A stretch of DNA of 60,017 nucleotides, taken from Octopus bimaculoides. Taxonomy: Eukaryota. The translations under genes were made by a program, and so were the position numbers. The DNA lies in NCBI RefSeq assembly GCF_001194135.2, contig NC_068981.1, positions 110,289,879-110,349,895 of the forward strand, in the 5' to 3' direction. The notes beneath the pieces were generated by a model, which worked only from the letters and a program-made list of their open reading frames with translations, was not told the DNA's origin and searched no databases. Positions 39,316 to 50,174 of this stretch are shown here, piece after piece (within the stretch, counting starts at the first letter, position 1; each line of letters begins with the position of its first letter).

Positions 39316-39608
39316 AAGGTACTTGTGCCAGTGACACTTAAAAGGCACCTGTGCCAGTGACATATAAAAGGCACCTGTGCCAGTGACATATAAAAGGCAC
39401 CTGTGCCAGTGACATATAAAAGGCACCTGTGCCAGTGACATATAAAAGGCACCTGTGCCAGTGACATATATAAAAGGCACCTGCGCCAGTGACACATAAA
39501 AGGTACCTGAGCCAGTGACACATAAAAGGCACTTGTGCCAGTGACACATTAACGGGTATCTGTGCTGGTGACATGTAAAAGGGTACCTGTACCAGTGACA
39601 CATAAACA
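39316..39608. repeat. 26-bp minisatellite (about 11 units) inside an RTE/SINE 3' module
   Basis: Unit AGGCACCTGTGCCAGTGACATATAAA repeated head to tail without spacers. It runs directly into the shared tail ending ACATGATGATG at about 39755. Confidence 0.95.
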
Positions 39609-39814
39609 GCACCCAGTACACTCTGTAAAGTGGTTGGTGTTAGGAAGGGCGTCCACCCATGGAAACCAAGCCAAAACAGATGACTGGATCCTGGTACAAG
39701 GCTTGATCAAACTGTCTAACCCATGCCAGCATGGAAAACAGACATTACATGATGATGATAATAATAATAATAATAATTATTATTATTATTATTATTGTTG
39801 TTGTTGTTGTTATG

Positions 39815-40215
39815 ATAAGGTGGCAAGCTGGCAGAATTGTTAGCATGCTGGACAAAATATTTAGCAGAACTTTGCTTGTCTTTACATTCTGAGTTCAAAT
39901 TCCTCCAAGGTTGACTTTGCCTTTCATCCTTTCAGAGTTAATAAAGTAAATACCAGTTCAATACTGCAGTCAATGTAATCAACTAGCTCCCTCCCCACAA
40001 ATTTCAAGCCTTGTGTCTATTATAAGGCACTGCACTAGAAAAATGCTTTGCAGCATTTCTTCCAACTTTATGTACTGAGTTCATATGTTACTAGTATTGA
40101 CTTAGCCTGTCATTCTTTCAGGATTAATATAATAAGTTCCAGTTCAGCAGTGGAGTTGATGTAATCAACTTAATCCTCCCCACAAAATTGCTGGCCTTTT
40201 GCCAAAATTTTAAAT

Positions 40216-40247
<32 letters not shown>

Positions 40248-41031
40248 TGCCAGGGAAGAATGCTTAATGGCATTTTGTTCATTTTTATGTTCTGAGTTCA
40301 AATTGTACAGAGGTCAACTTTGCATTTCATCTCTTCAGGGTTGATAATTAAGTACCAGTGAAACACTTGGGTCGATGAAATCAACCCCAGTGTTTCACTG
40401 GTACTTAATTTTGGGAAGACCCCTTCCCAAAATTTCAGGCCTTGTGCTTTAGTAGAAATGATTATTATTATTACTTCCACCTTAGCGAAGGCAGAGGTAT
40501 TGTTTTCAGTCATGTTTGTTTGTTTGTTTGTCCATGGACAAGATATCTCAAGAGCCACTGGATGGATTTGGCCTTGTGACTGGCATGAACTGGTTATATT
40601 TTGGGATTGATCTGGTACCAGACAAAGATTCTGGATTATTTTTCCGGTTTTTCACTTAATTTTTGAGAGTGGTCAGGTTCATTTTTAGTATTCTCATTTG
40701 TGAGAGCAGTCAAGTTTATTTCAGATATTCTCATTTTAAAAATCATCTCTGGCTACTTGTTGAGAGGGTGTTGGTGTTGCTTTGGTGGAGGTTTGCACTC
40801 TCTGACTGCTCTTATTACTATTATTATTTAAGGCAGCAAGCTGGCAGAATCGTTAGCGTGCTGGATGAAATCTTTAGCAGTATTTCACCCGTTACTATGT
40901 TCTGAGTTCAAATTCTGCCGAGATCAACTTTGTCTTTCATCTTTTGGGGTCAGTAAAATAAGTACCAGTTAAACACTGGCGTTAAAGTCCCCTCTCCTAA
41001 AATTGCTGCCCTTATGGCAAAATTTGAAACA

Positions 41032-41075
<44 letters not shown>
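39815..41075 (+). mobile_element. Stack of about 4 same-orientation SINE copies of a second family, each ending in a trinucleotide tail
   Basis: Recurring TGAGTTCAAATT...GGT(C/T)(A/G)ACTTTG.(C/A)TTTCAT..TT...GG...ATAA.TAAGTACCAGT core at about 39890, 40075, 40295 and 40905, with (TTA)n or (TAC)n tails. The resemblance to Nin/Deu-domain SINE cores is from memory only. Confidence 0.65.
40473..40811 (+). mobile_element. Short non-autonomous DNA element, Helentron/HINE-like
   Basis: Starts TTACTTCCACCTTAGCGAAGGCAGAGGTATTGTTTTC, contains (TTTG)n, and ends GGTGGAGGTTTGCACTCTCTGACTGC with short subterminal inverted motifs. Confidence 0.4.
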
Positions 41076-41372
41076 CATCACACTAAGAATAAATTAGAAG
41101 CTATTGCTAAATAATTATTTATTTACTTTCTTTTTTATAAGCCGCTTTTCTCTTTTCTTCTGCTAGATTGACTTAAACCTCACCCAATTTTTTATTATTA
41201 TTGTAATTTTATAATTAAAACATTCTTATTAATGGTCATGCTGGTCTAGGGAAACTGAAACAACAACCAGAATTGGAGTGAGTGACAGATGTGCTAAATG
41301 CTGGTGAACTGTATTGCCAGTATTCTCAACAAAATGAAACTAAATTTTTATCGTAAATTATATTCATTTTAT

Positions 41373-41412
<40 letters not shown>

Positions 41413-41641
41413 GAGTTAATTCAATACTTGTACAATTCACCTAGAAGGTTTCCACTTGTGGTTGCTTATCAACCATAGCCATCTTGAGTTAGTTTCAGCT
41501 GCTGGGCTTTTTTCCTCGGTGTCTTTTTTCAGTTGTCTGGGTTCCAGACCTAACATCTACAGGAAATAGTACACTGATATCAGTGGAAAGCCACACGTGT
41601 GTGCATGCACACTCTCATGCAGATGTGTGTGTGTGTGTGTG

Positions 41642-41676
<35 letters not shown>

Positions 41677-41679
<3 letters not shown>

Positions 41680-42503
41680 CCCGTGGAAGAGGTAGGCCCA
41701 GGAAGACCGGGGCTGAGGTGGTGAGGCAAGACCATCGAACATTGGGCCTCACTGAGGCGATGACTACTGACCGAGACCTTTGGAAATGTGCTGTGCGTGA
41801 GAAGACCCGGCAAGCCAAGTGAGACTTAAATCCAAGGCCTCTGCCAGGGGTGTAGCCAGCCTACTTATGCACACCGTTTCTACATTGGACACTAAACTCC
41901 GCTTGCGAAGACTTGTTGAGGCAAGTGAAATCGAACTAAATTCGACGACTGGCACCCGTGCCAACGTCGTCTCTTTCATTGGACACGAAACTCAGCTTGC
42001 GAAGACTTATTGGGGCAAGCGAAAGCGAAATCGGGATAGCACGTGTGCCCAGTGTCGCCTTTCTGGCACTTGTGCCCATGACATGTGTAAGGATTTTCGA
42101 GCGAGATCGCTGCCAGTGCCCCATGACTGGCTCTTGTGCCGGTGGCACATAAAATACACCATTTTGAGTGTAGCCGTTGCCAGTACGGCCTGACTGGCCT
42201 TCGTAGGATTTTCGAGCGAGATCGTTGCCAGTGCCCCTGGACTGGCTCTTGTGCGGGTGGCACATAAAATACACCATTTTGAGCGTGGCCGTTGCCAGTA
42301 CCGCCTGACTGGCCTTCGTGCGGGTGACACGTAAAAGCACCCACTACACTCTCTGAGTGGTTGGCTTTAGGAAGGGCATCCAGCTGTAGAAACTCTGCTA
42401 AATCAGATTGGAGCCTGGTGTTGCCATCTGGTTTCACCAGTCCTCAGTCAAATCGTCCAACCCATGCTAGCATGGAAAGCAGATGTTAAACGATGATGAT
42501 GAT
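41677..42503 (+). mobile_element. RTE LINE extreme 3' end with repetitive 3'UTR and (GAT)n tail
   Basis: TRGRGRPRKTGAEVVRQDHRTLGLTEAMTTDRDLWKCAVREKTRQAK* followed by a CpG-rich 3'UTR. Bounded by (TA)n on both sides. Confidence 0.9.
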
Positions 42504-42532
42504 AATGATATATATATATATATATTATATAC

Positions 42533-43451
42533 ACTAGCTCTGATGTACCTGGTAATTCCCAGGAAAGCGGGGCTAATCCTTTGGTTCTGTTCTCATAATT
42601 GTTTTGCTAATCCAATAACAACAATACAGAGTATGTAGCCCTTAAAACAGTTTTTGTGCATTTACAGAGAATACTGAACTGTCTTACACAGGATCTTGTT
42701 CTTAGGAATTCCAAATAAGTTATGAATACCCAAATTGTGAAGTCAGTTATGTAATAACATGAAATTAGTTACCTGATAGTAAAAATTCAAATAAAGTAGT
42801 CCTGAAAAGGGCTTTAATGTGTTCCCAGAGTATATAGAACATAGGAAGAAATACTAATAAGGTATATATACTAAAATCGTGAAGCATGTTACATAATAAC
42901 AGGCTAATCAGATATGAGATAATAACAATTCAAAGTAAATAACTCTGAAAAGGGCTTTTGTGCATTCCCACAGAATATTACCCTTAGGAGTATTAGTGTT
43001 GGTATATTCATAAATGAGTCACTAACCGAAATAAGTGGGTCTATTGTTTAGGAAAATACTATTTACTTGTTTAAGGGTTGTATCGGATAAATTTTGAACA
43101 TAACCTTAACAATTCAAACACTAAGAAATAAGCATGCTTAATTTCATTTTTACCAAATAATTTAGGAAATGAATGGGCTGTTTCCCTTGGTTATATATGA
43201 GGATCCCTTTCAGGGGCGATTGGGCTATTTCCCTTGGTTTTTAAAATAAAATATATTAGATATATATAAGGATCCCTTCCAGATCCCTATTATCGATTTT
43301 TTTCAACAATTTGAGTCTGCCATGAGGTTTCCAGACATGAGTTGTACTCGTGTGTCAAGTTTCATCAAAATCAATAAAACGATGTAGGAGGAGTCAGCTA
43401 ACAACTCCACAAACACACCCACAGACAAAATTTCCCACATATGTTGTAGAT
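42533..43451 (+). mobile_element. Non-autonomous Helitron/Helentron-like element
   Basis: Starts ACTAGCTCTGATGTACCTGGTAATTCCCAGG, has internal duplications and CAAGTTTCATCAAAATC, and ends ACAGACAAAATT...GTAGAT. Confidence 0.5.
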
Positions 43452-43452
43452 A

Positions 43453-43958
43453 TATAATTATAGAGTAGTGGTACAACAAGGCACCAATGTTTACTGGAAG
43501 TAGCAGTCAATAAATTTATGACGCATTAGTAAAACTTCACTGTATATATATATATATACTGGCAAAGACATGTGAGGGCAGCGAACATAAAAAAATTTCA
43601 TCTTACCTTTAGAAAGAACGTTAGATAAATGATCAGAATCAGATAATCTAGTACCTAGGTTTCGGACTCTTCAAATACATTTGTTATCGTCAATTTGATT
43701 AATCTTCTTCAGCTAGATATACCTGGACAATATTTCAAATGTTGCTACATCAATGCCAAGTATACTCGCCTGAACGCCTAGCCATTAACAGAACCGAGAA
43801 CAGTGAAAAAGTTTTCGATGAAAAATTAAATGTTGCAATACAAATGTATTACTTTCCAGTTCAGTAAAGCACTGTAAAAGTCGAAGTATAAATATAGAGT
43901 AGTGGTACAACAAGGCACCAATGTTTACTGGAAGTAGCAGTTGATAAATTTATGATGC
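43453..43958. repeat. 72-bp direct repeats with a 434-bp period enclosing a hammerhead
   Basis: 43453-43524 matches 43887-43958 (TATAGAGTAGTGGTACAACAAGGCACCAATGTTTACTGGAAGTAGCAGT..ATAAATTTATGA). Confidence 0.95.
43646..43718 (-). ncRNA. Type I hammerhead ribozyme motif, family E, intact core
   Basis: Minus strand reads AUCUAG-CUGAAGA-AGAUUAAUCAAAU[16 nt]AUUUGAAGAGUCC-GAAAC-CUAG-GUA-CUAGAU. Perfect 6-bp helix I, palindromic helix III ACCUAGGU, long imperfect helix II, triplet GUA. Confidence 0.82.
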
Positions 43959-45990
43959 TATATGCAATGTCAGTGTGCATGTTCAACAGAGTATAAGCAT
44001 CTTGAGAGAAAAGTTAGGCATAAGAGGCATCAGATATGGTGTTCAAGAGAAATAACTGTGCTGGTATGGTCATGTGATGCTTATGGATGAGGACAGCTGT
44101 GTAAAGAAGTGCTGATCTCTAACTGTGGAGGGAACCTGTGGAAGAGGGAGACTCGGGAAGACACGGCAATGACTAATGACCAAGACCTTTGGCGACATGC
44201 TGTGCATATTCAGTGAAGCGTACTGGCTGTCATAGCCCATGTTTCACTGCCATGTAGCATAGCTGTTCGCACTCAGGGATCATAGAATCTGCCTTTTACT
44301 TTAAGAGAGAGGCCCTTTGTTGCCAGTAGAGGTAGGAGCTCTCTGAATATTGCCCAGCCTAATCTTATTCTCACAGCTATGCTCTCAGAGCATCCCCCTC
44401 CACTACTAACTTGGTCACCTAGATAATGGAAGCTATCCACTTTCTCTAGCTTACTCCCCTGGTAGTTGATGGAGTCTATTTTCTGTACATTTTCAGTGTT
44501 TATTGTTCCTATGCACCTTCCACCTACAAAAGCTAGTTTCCTTGTTAGCCTTCCTCTGATATTGTTGCACCATTTATGTGTTCATAGCTTACACCAGGTG
44601 CATCTTATGGAGTTTCTACCTATGCCTTTTATTACAGATCGAGCAGGGTCATCTACCTGAAAGGATTTGTGATTTGACTGCCTGCCTACTTACTAAGACT
44701 TTGGGTTTTGCTAGGTTAACTCTGAGGCCCTTCGATTCCAGACCTTGCTTCCATATCTGAAACTTCTTCTAGTTCTGGTTGTGAGTCAGCTATAAGAACA
44801 AGGTCATCAGCATAGAGGAGCTCCCAGGAGCAGTCTGTTTTAAATTCCTCCATATTGCCCAGAGGACTAGATGAACAAGAGGGGGCTGAGGACTGATCCT
44901 TAGTGAACCCCAACTTGTACCCTGAATTCTTCGCTGTACTCATTGCCAACCCTCACTTTAGTGGTAGCATCCCTGTACATGGCTTGTACAACTCTCCCCA
45001 ATAATTTGTCTATCCCTAGTTTCCGCATTGACCACCAAATGAGGGATTAGGGGACCATGCCAAAGGCCTTCTCCAAGTCAACAAAGGCCAAGTACAGAGG
45101 TTTGTCTTTGACTAGGTATTTCTCCTGCAGCTGTCTTATCAGAAATATAGCATCACTGGTGCTTCTCCCTGGCACAAAGCCAAACTGCATTTCATCTATG
45201 CTAACTCTTGTCCCTAATTAGTTGAGCTATGAGTATCTCCGTAACTTTTGTCACCTGATCCAACAATTTGATACCTCTGTAATTATTTCTATCTAATGCA
45301 TCAACTTTACCTTTGTAGCAGTTAACTATGATGGAGGTAGGGGACTATACCATAACCCACACCGCCAGACATTTTAAGCATCTCTGCAGCAATTCCTGCT
45401 GGACCGGCAGCTTTCCCTGTCTTCATATCCTTAATTACTTTATCTACAAAGGTACTGTAAATTCGGGTCAACATTTGGCAGATTATCTTCCTCTCATTCA
45501 TTCTCCATGTTCAGCAGTCTTTCATAATGGCATTTCCAAGCCTCTTTCTTTGCAAAATCATTAAATGCAAGTGCACCATCATCCATGCAGACACATTTCT
45601 CTCCTATGACATCACCATTTCCTCTCACACACTGTCTTACAACCCAAAACACATCAGTTTTTTTATTCTCATGTCGCTGAACATAGGCAAACCTCTTCTT
45701 TTCTGCTTCTCTCTTTGCTAGATATACCTGTCTCTTAGCTTCCCTCCTGGCTATCTAATACAGTTCTCTGCTACCTCCCCTCTTTCAGACCTGTTTCTTT
45801 GCTCTAATGGCCTAGTCTACTGCATCGTTATACCACCACATTATCCTAGGACAGGGATTCCCAGTTGCCCTCTATGTCACAAAATTGTAGCTCCTCCTCC
45901 TTCTCATCAAATTTCTCAGTTAGGATGTCTCTAAATCTTTGACCACATGAAGGGTCCTGAAACTTCCAAATCCTTCATTTCCAGATTAGT
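43955..45990 (-). mobile_element. Degenerate RTE LINE (44225-45990 minus) with an adjacent C-terminal piece in plus orientation (43955-44210)
   Basis: ORF 44716-44949(-) EEFKTDCSWELLYADDLVLIADS. The plus piece encodes the WYGHVM..DEDSCVKKC region. Confidence 0.85.
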
Positions 45991-48820
45991 CTGCTTCTTA
46001 GCATCCTTCTGGCCTGGAGTCTAAAATCACTAATGACTAGTCTATGCTTGTGATGGTGGTGGGGGTGATGTATTTTACTATCTCCTTGCCTTGACATCAG
46101 GCAATAGCTGTAAGCAAGTCTCACTTTCATGCAAGAGGTGTTCTTTGTTTCCAATCTTCCACATTATCATGTCTGGGCATGGTGATACATTACCTTACTT
46201 GGAAACAGGTGAAGATTGGCAATGGAAAAGGCATCCAGCTGTACAGAATCTGTTTGATCCATGTGATTGATACACCATTTTCTATCATTAATAGCATTGT
46301 TGGTTTTTTGATGAAAAAGGTATACTAGTGTAATTATGTTATATAATGCTTATCTTAATTTATGTTTCAAACACCAGTTTAATAATGACCATGTTGTTTG
46401 ACTGAATTGTTCATTATTTTCAAAATTAATTGTAATAAATGAAATGTATTTCAACAAAAATATGGTAATGAAAGTGTTAAGTAGTTAAAATTTAAGATTC
46501 AACAACTAATATGCAAACTATGAGCATAAGACAAATCTGTAAATGATGTCTCAAGGATGTCCATTTCATGGATGATACTCTATACTACCATCACACCGTT
46601 TTCATGGTAGTCATTAAAATATGGTATCTCATCTGTTCAAGATTAATCTGGAAAATTGGCTTGCATGTTAGATGCTGAAAATTGTGAATGAACCTAACTT
46701 ACCCTAGTAAAGAACATATAACCAGACTATGGATTATATGAATAACAGGTGTCCCCATATCACTAAACTATTGCATTCCTGAAAATCTTGCCATAAAATA
46801 TTTCCTTATAACATGGAGGTCAACTGAAAATAGGTCTGCACACTACAGAATTCCACCAAATGACAAAATTTTTAGGACTGCAACATTTCCATAATGTGTG
46901 GGATGCCTATAAACACATTATAGAGAAAACAAGACCCTCCAGCTGTTTTATGAATTACATTTGCTTTATCATATCTCTTGTTAGATATGTAAAGCCCAAA
47001 ATTAAAAACATGAACATCTGCTAAAAAGAGTTACTTATTATTTGGTAAAGGAAATATATATATATATTATAGAAAGAAAACACTTTGTAGACATACCATT
47101 TTACTGTGTTCAAAATTTGAGAGTACTGTCTGTTGAACAGCTAATACCAATGTATTTCTTGCTTTATTTCGTCATACAGTGCTTTCTTTTGCAATATATA
47201 TTGTGTAATTATTTTTTATCAGATTTTTAATATTAGATATAATCTTCTTAAATATAATCTTGCACATTCTTTGTATTAAGTGAACATGCCTAAAAAATGC
47301 TTTCCTAGTTAGGTGTTTTTCTTTGAGTGATGAATATGAATTAACAGTAGATGTTGAACATTTTCCTTTGACAAGCCTGAGAATGTTTTGCTAAAGATTG
47401 TTGAAAACATTTTTCATTGAACAGATGATGCTGGTAATGAAAATAGCCCTTCTTGAGTCACCTTTTTGTGTTATAGTGCCTCACTACTAAGGAAATTAAG
47501 TACACACAGCTGCTGGACACTGAATGAATTAACATGGAAATTTTTTTTTTTTTTGTAGGCTTTTCTTTTAGCTCTTTTATATATGAAAACAAAAAGTGTA
47601 CTTAATGCCACTCATTTGCTTATTTTGCCATGAGCAGTTAGATGGCTTCATTGTCTCTTCCAACAAATGCATACCCTTTACTTACATTATTCATTTTATT
47701 TTTCTCAATCATTTATACTGTTTGATTTGCTTATTCACTTAGTTGTGTGTATTCAAGGAAAGTGTTCAATTAATGGATAATGCCAGAGTCTATATTTCCA
47801 TTTGTCTATATTTTGTTTTTCTTTGTGGTTGAATGTATATGTGTTTTTATGCTCTTCCCAGTATATTGTTCTTAGGTTGGATATATTTCATCACTATAAC
47901 TGCTACCATACTGAAAAGTATGGAAAGAGTGATGAAAGAACCTTACCTTTTGGATTATAATTAAGAGTTATTCATACTTCATTTCAACATTATGTCTAGG
48001 GGGTTTAATATGGATTAATTAACTACATTTGTAATATTTAAATATTGCCCACTATTTTAAATTCAAATTTTCATCATTGATCTCTACAGTTCAGAACCTT
48101 GATTAGTGGAATAAATTATCTAGATATTTTTTCACATTTATAACTGAGTAAACATTGTATTTAATGTGTATTCTCTGCCGGTGAGAAATTCGTAGGATGC
48201 AATTACTAAGGTTTTTTATAGAAACTGTTTTGGTTTTTAAAGTTTTGTGTTACTTAACTTGCACTAAAGTTTGTAATCAGTGATTTACCACTTCTCTTTG
48301 ATGTGAACATATAAACAACCTGTGGCTAAACATTAGCTTTGAAAGTAACAAACCTTTCTTCACACCACCTAACCCTGTTCAGTTAATTTACAGATTTCAC
48401 ATATTTCTCACCCCTTTAGATGCAATAAGTCTCCAATTGTTAAAATTCTAACAAATCAACAAGGTTGTTTTGTATAGGTATAAAAACCATGTGTGCATGT
48501 GTATACATGCAGTTATTCTCTCAATCAAGTTGTGCATTCACATGTTTGGACATGTGTATCTAATTACAAACACACCTTTTAAAAGCAAGTTTGTTGAATT
48601 GGAATGATTTTGACTTAATTTATCATATTAACAGATTATTGTTAGGTGGTGAATTGGTAGAATTGTTTTTGATCTTCAGTGGCTTCTGATACTTCTTTTT
48701 ACACTTTACATTCTAGGTTCATATCCCAGCATGGTCATGTTTACCTTTCATCTAGCTGGGATCAATAAAATAAAGGGCCAATGGTATCAACTTATGCTGT
48801 CCTCTTATAATAGCTGCTTT

Positions 48821-48919
48821 GGATCTTTACTCTTTGAACGGCACATCAAGAAATTAATTTTTTGTAACTAAACACTTTCAAACTTCGGACACTGGTAGAA
48901 TGTGTCATATAAAACATCT
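48821..48919 (+). repeat. About 100-bp dispersed repeat, second copy at 51394-51492
   Basis: GGATCTTT.CTCTTTGAACGGCACATCAAGAAATTAATTTTTTGTAA.TAAACACTTTCAAA.TT.GGACACTGGTAGAATGTGTCATATAAAA.ATCT occurs in both places. Confidence 0.9.
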
Positions 48920-49007
48920 TTTACTCTTAGTGCTGTTGAGAAAAGTTTGTATTTTCAAAGTTATTTCGTGTTAAAGTTGTCGTATTTTGGTAATTAACAA
49001 CAACTAT

Positions 49008-49965
49008 CAGCAAAGTTTCTACAGCTGGATGCCCTTCCTAACATGCAACACTCTGAGAGTGTAGCGGGTGCTTCTATGTGCCACTGGCACAAGGGCTAGT
49101 CAGGCAGTTCTGGCAACACCCATGCTGCATCCCACCTAGACTGACTCTTTCCTTAATTAGTTGGGCTATGACCCTCTCCGTGACCTTCATTATCTGATCC
49201 AACAACTTGATACCTCTGTAATTATTTGTATCTAAAGCATCACCTTTACTTTTGTAGCAGTTGACTATGGTGCTCCTACACCAGTCATTGGGTATGACTC
49301 CTTCATGTATCACCTGGTTAACTCTATGGGTGACTAGGCTATAGCTGACACTGCCAGATATTTTGAGCATCTCTGCGGTGATTCCTGATGGGCCGGGGGG
49401 CTTTCCCTGTCATCAAACACTTAATTGCTTTATCTACCAAGGTACTGTCAATTCAGGTAGCTGGTCCCTCTGTGGGTAAGCATTTGGAAAACTCTCTTTC
49501 TCCCATTCATTTTCTTTATTTAGCAACCTTTCATAGTGGCATCTCCAAACCTCTCTCTCTTTGCAGTTTCATTTAATGCAAGTGAACTTACTTATTCTAT
49601 CAGAATATTTTGCCAAATGGCTAAGTTACAAGGATGTAGATACATGCAGATACATTTTTCTCCTACGACATCACGATTCTCTCTCACACACTGTCTTGTA
49701 ACATGAAATACCTCAAGTCTTTGGTCCTCACAGCGCAGAACATTGGCAAATTTTTTCTTATCTGCTTCCCCTCTGGCTAATTAAACCTGTCTCCTAGCTT
49801 CCCTTCTGACAGTCTGATATAATTCCCTGCTACCACCGTTCTCCAGTCCTTCCAAGCCTGTTTCTTTTCCCTAATGGCCCTTCAACAAAATTGTTCCACC
49901 ACCACGTTACCTTGGGTTAAGAGGGGACTTTGCACCATCCACAGATCTGGTCAGTGGCCCTCAGC
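49008..49965 (-). mobile_element. Internally deleted RTE LINE fragment
   Basis: ORF 49074-49370(-) IPNDWCRSTIVNCYKSKGDALDTNNYRGIKLLDQIMKVTERV is joined at about 49112 directly to the 3'UTR module. Confidence 0.8.
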
Positions 49966-50149
49966 AGGTTGTTCCCATAGAAACCTACAGTTGTCTTCCA
50001 CATCATGTGATGTTATATCCCCCTCTATGTGTGTGCTACAAAGAACAAATCCTGGGGTCGATTTCTTAGACTAAAGGCGGTGTTTCAGTATGTCTGCAGT
50101 CACATGACCAAAACAAGTAAAACAATAAAATCATGCCATTTTAATCCTG

Positions 50150-50174
50150 AGCAACACCCGGTATCTCTACTAGT
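50150..50174 (-). mobile_element. Isolated Helitron-like terminus
   Basis: GAGCAACACCCGGTATCTCTACTAGT, the same motif as 1359-1385. Confidence 0.4.

Noticed and set aside
39316-39608. CRISPR-like array
   Set aside because: Units are contiguous with no unique spacers, there are no cas genes, and the context is eukaryotic. It is a minisatellite.
41764-42437. Multiple overlapping 65-153 aa ORFs, and similar ones at 10381-11016, 14862-15219, 17058-17372 and 39279-39621
   Set aside because: They arise from GC-rich repetitive LINE 3'UTR sequence, are open on both strands, and show no protein family signal.
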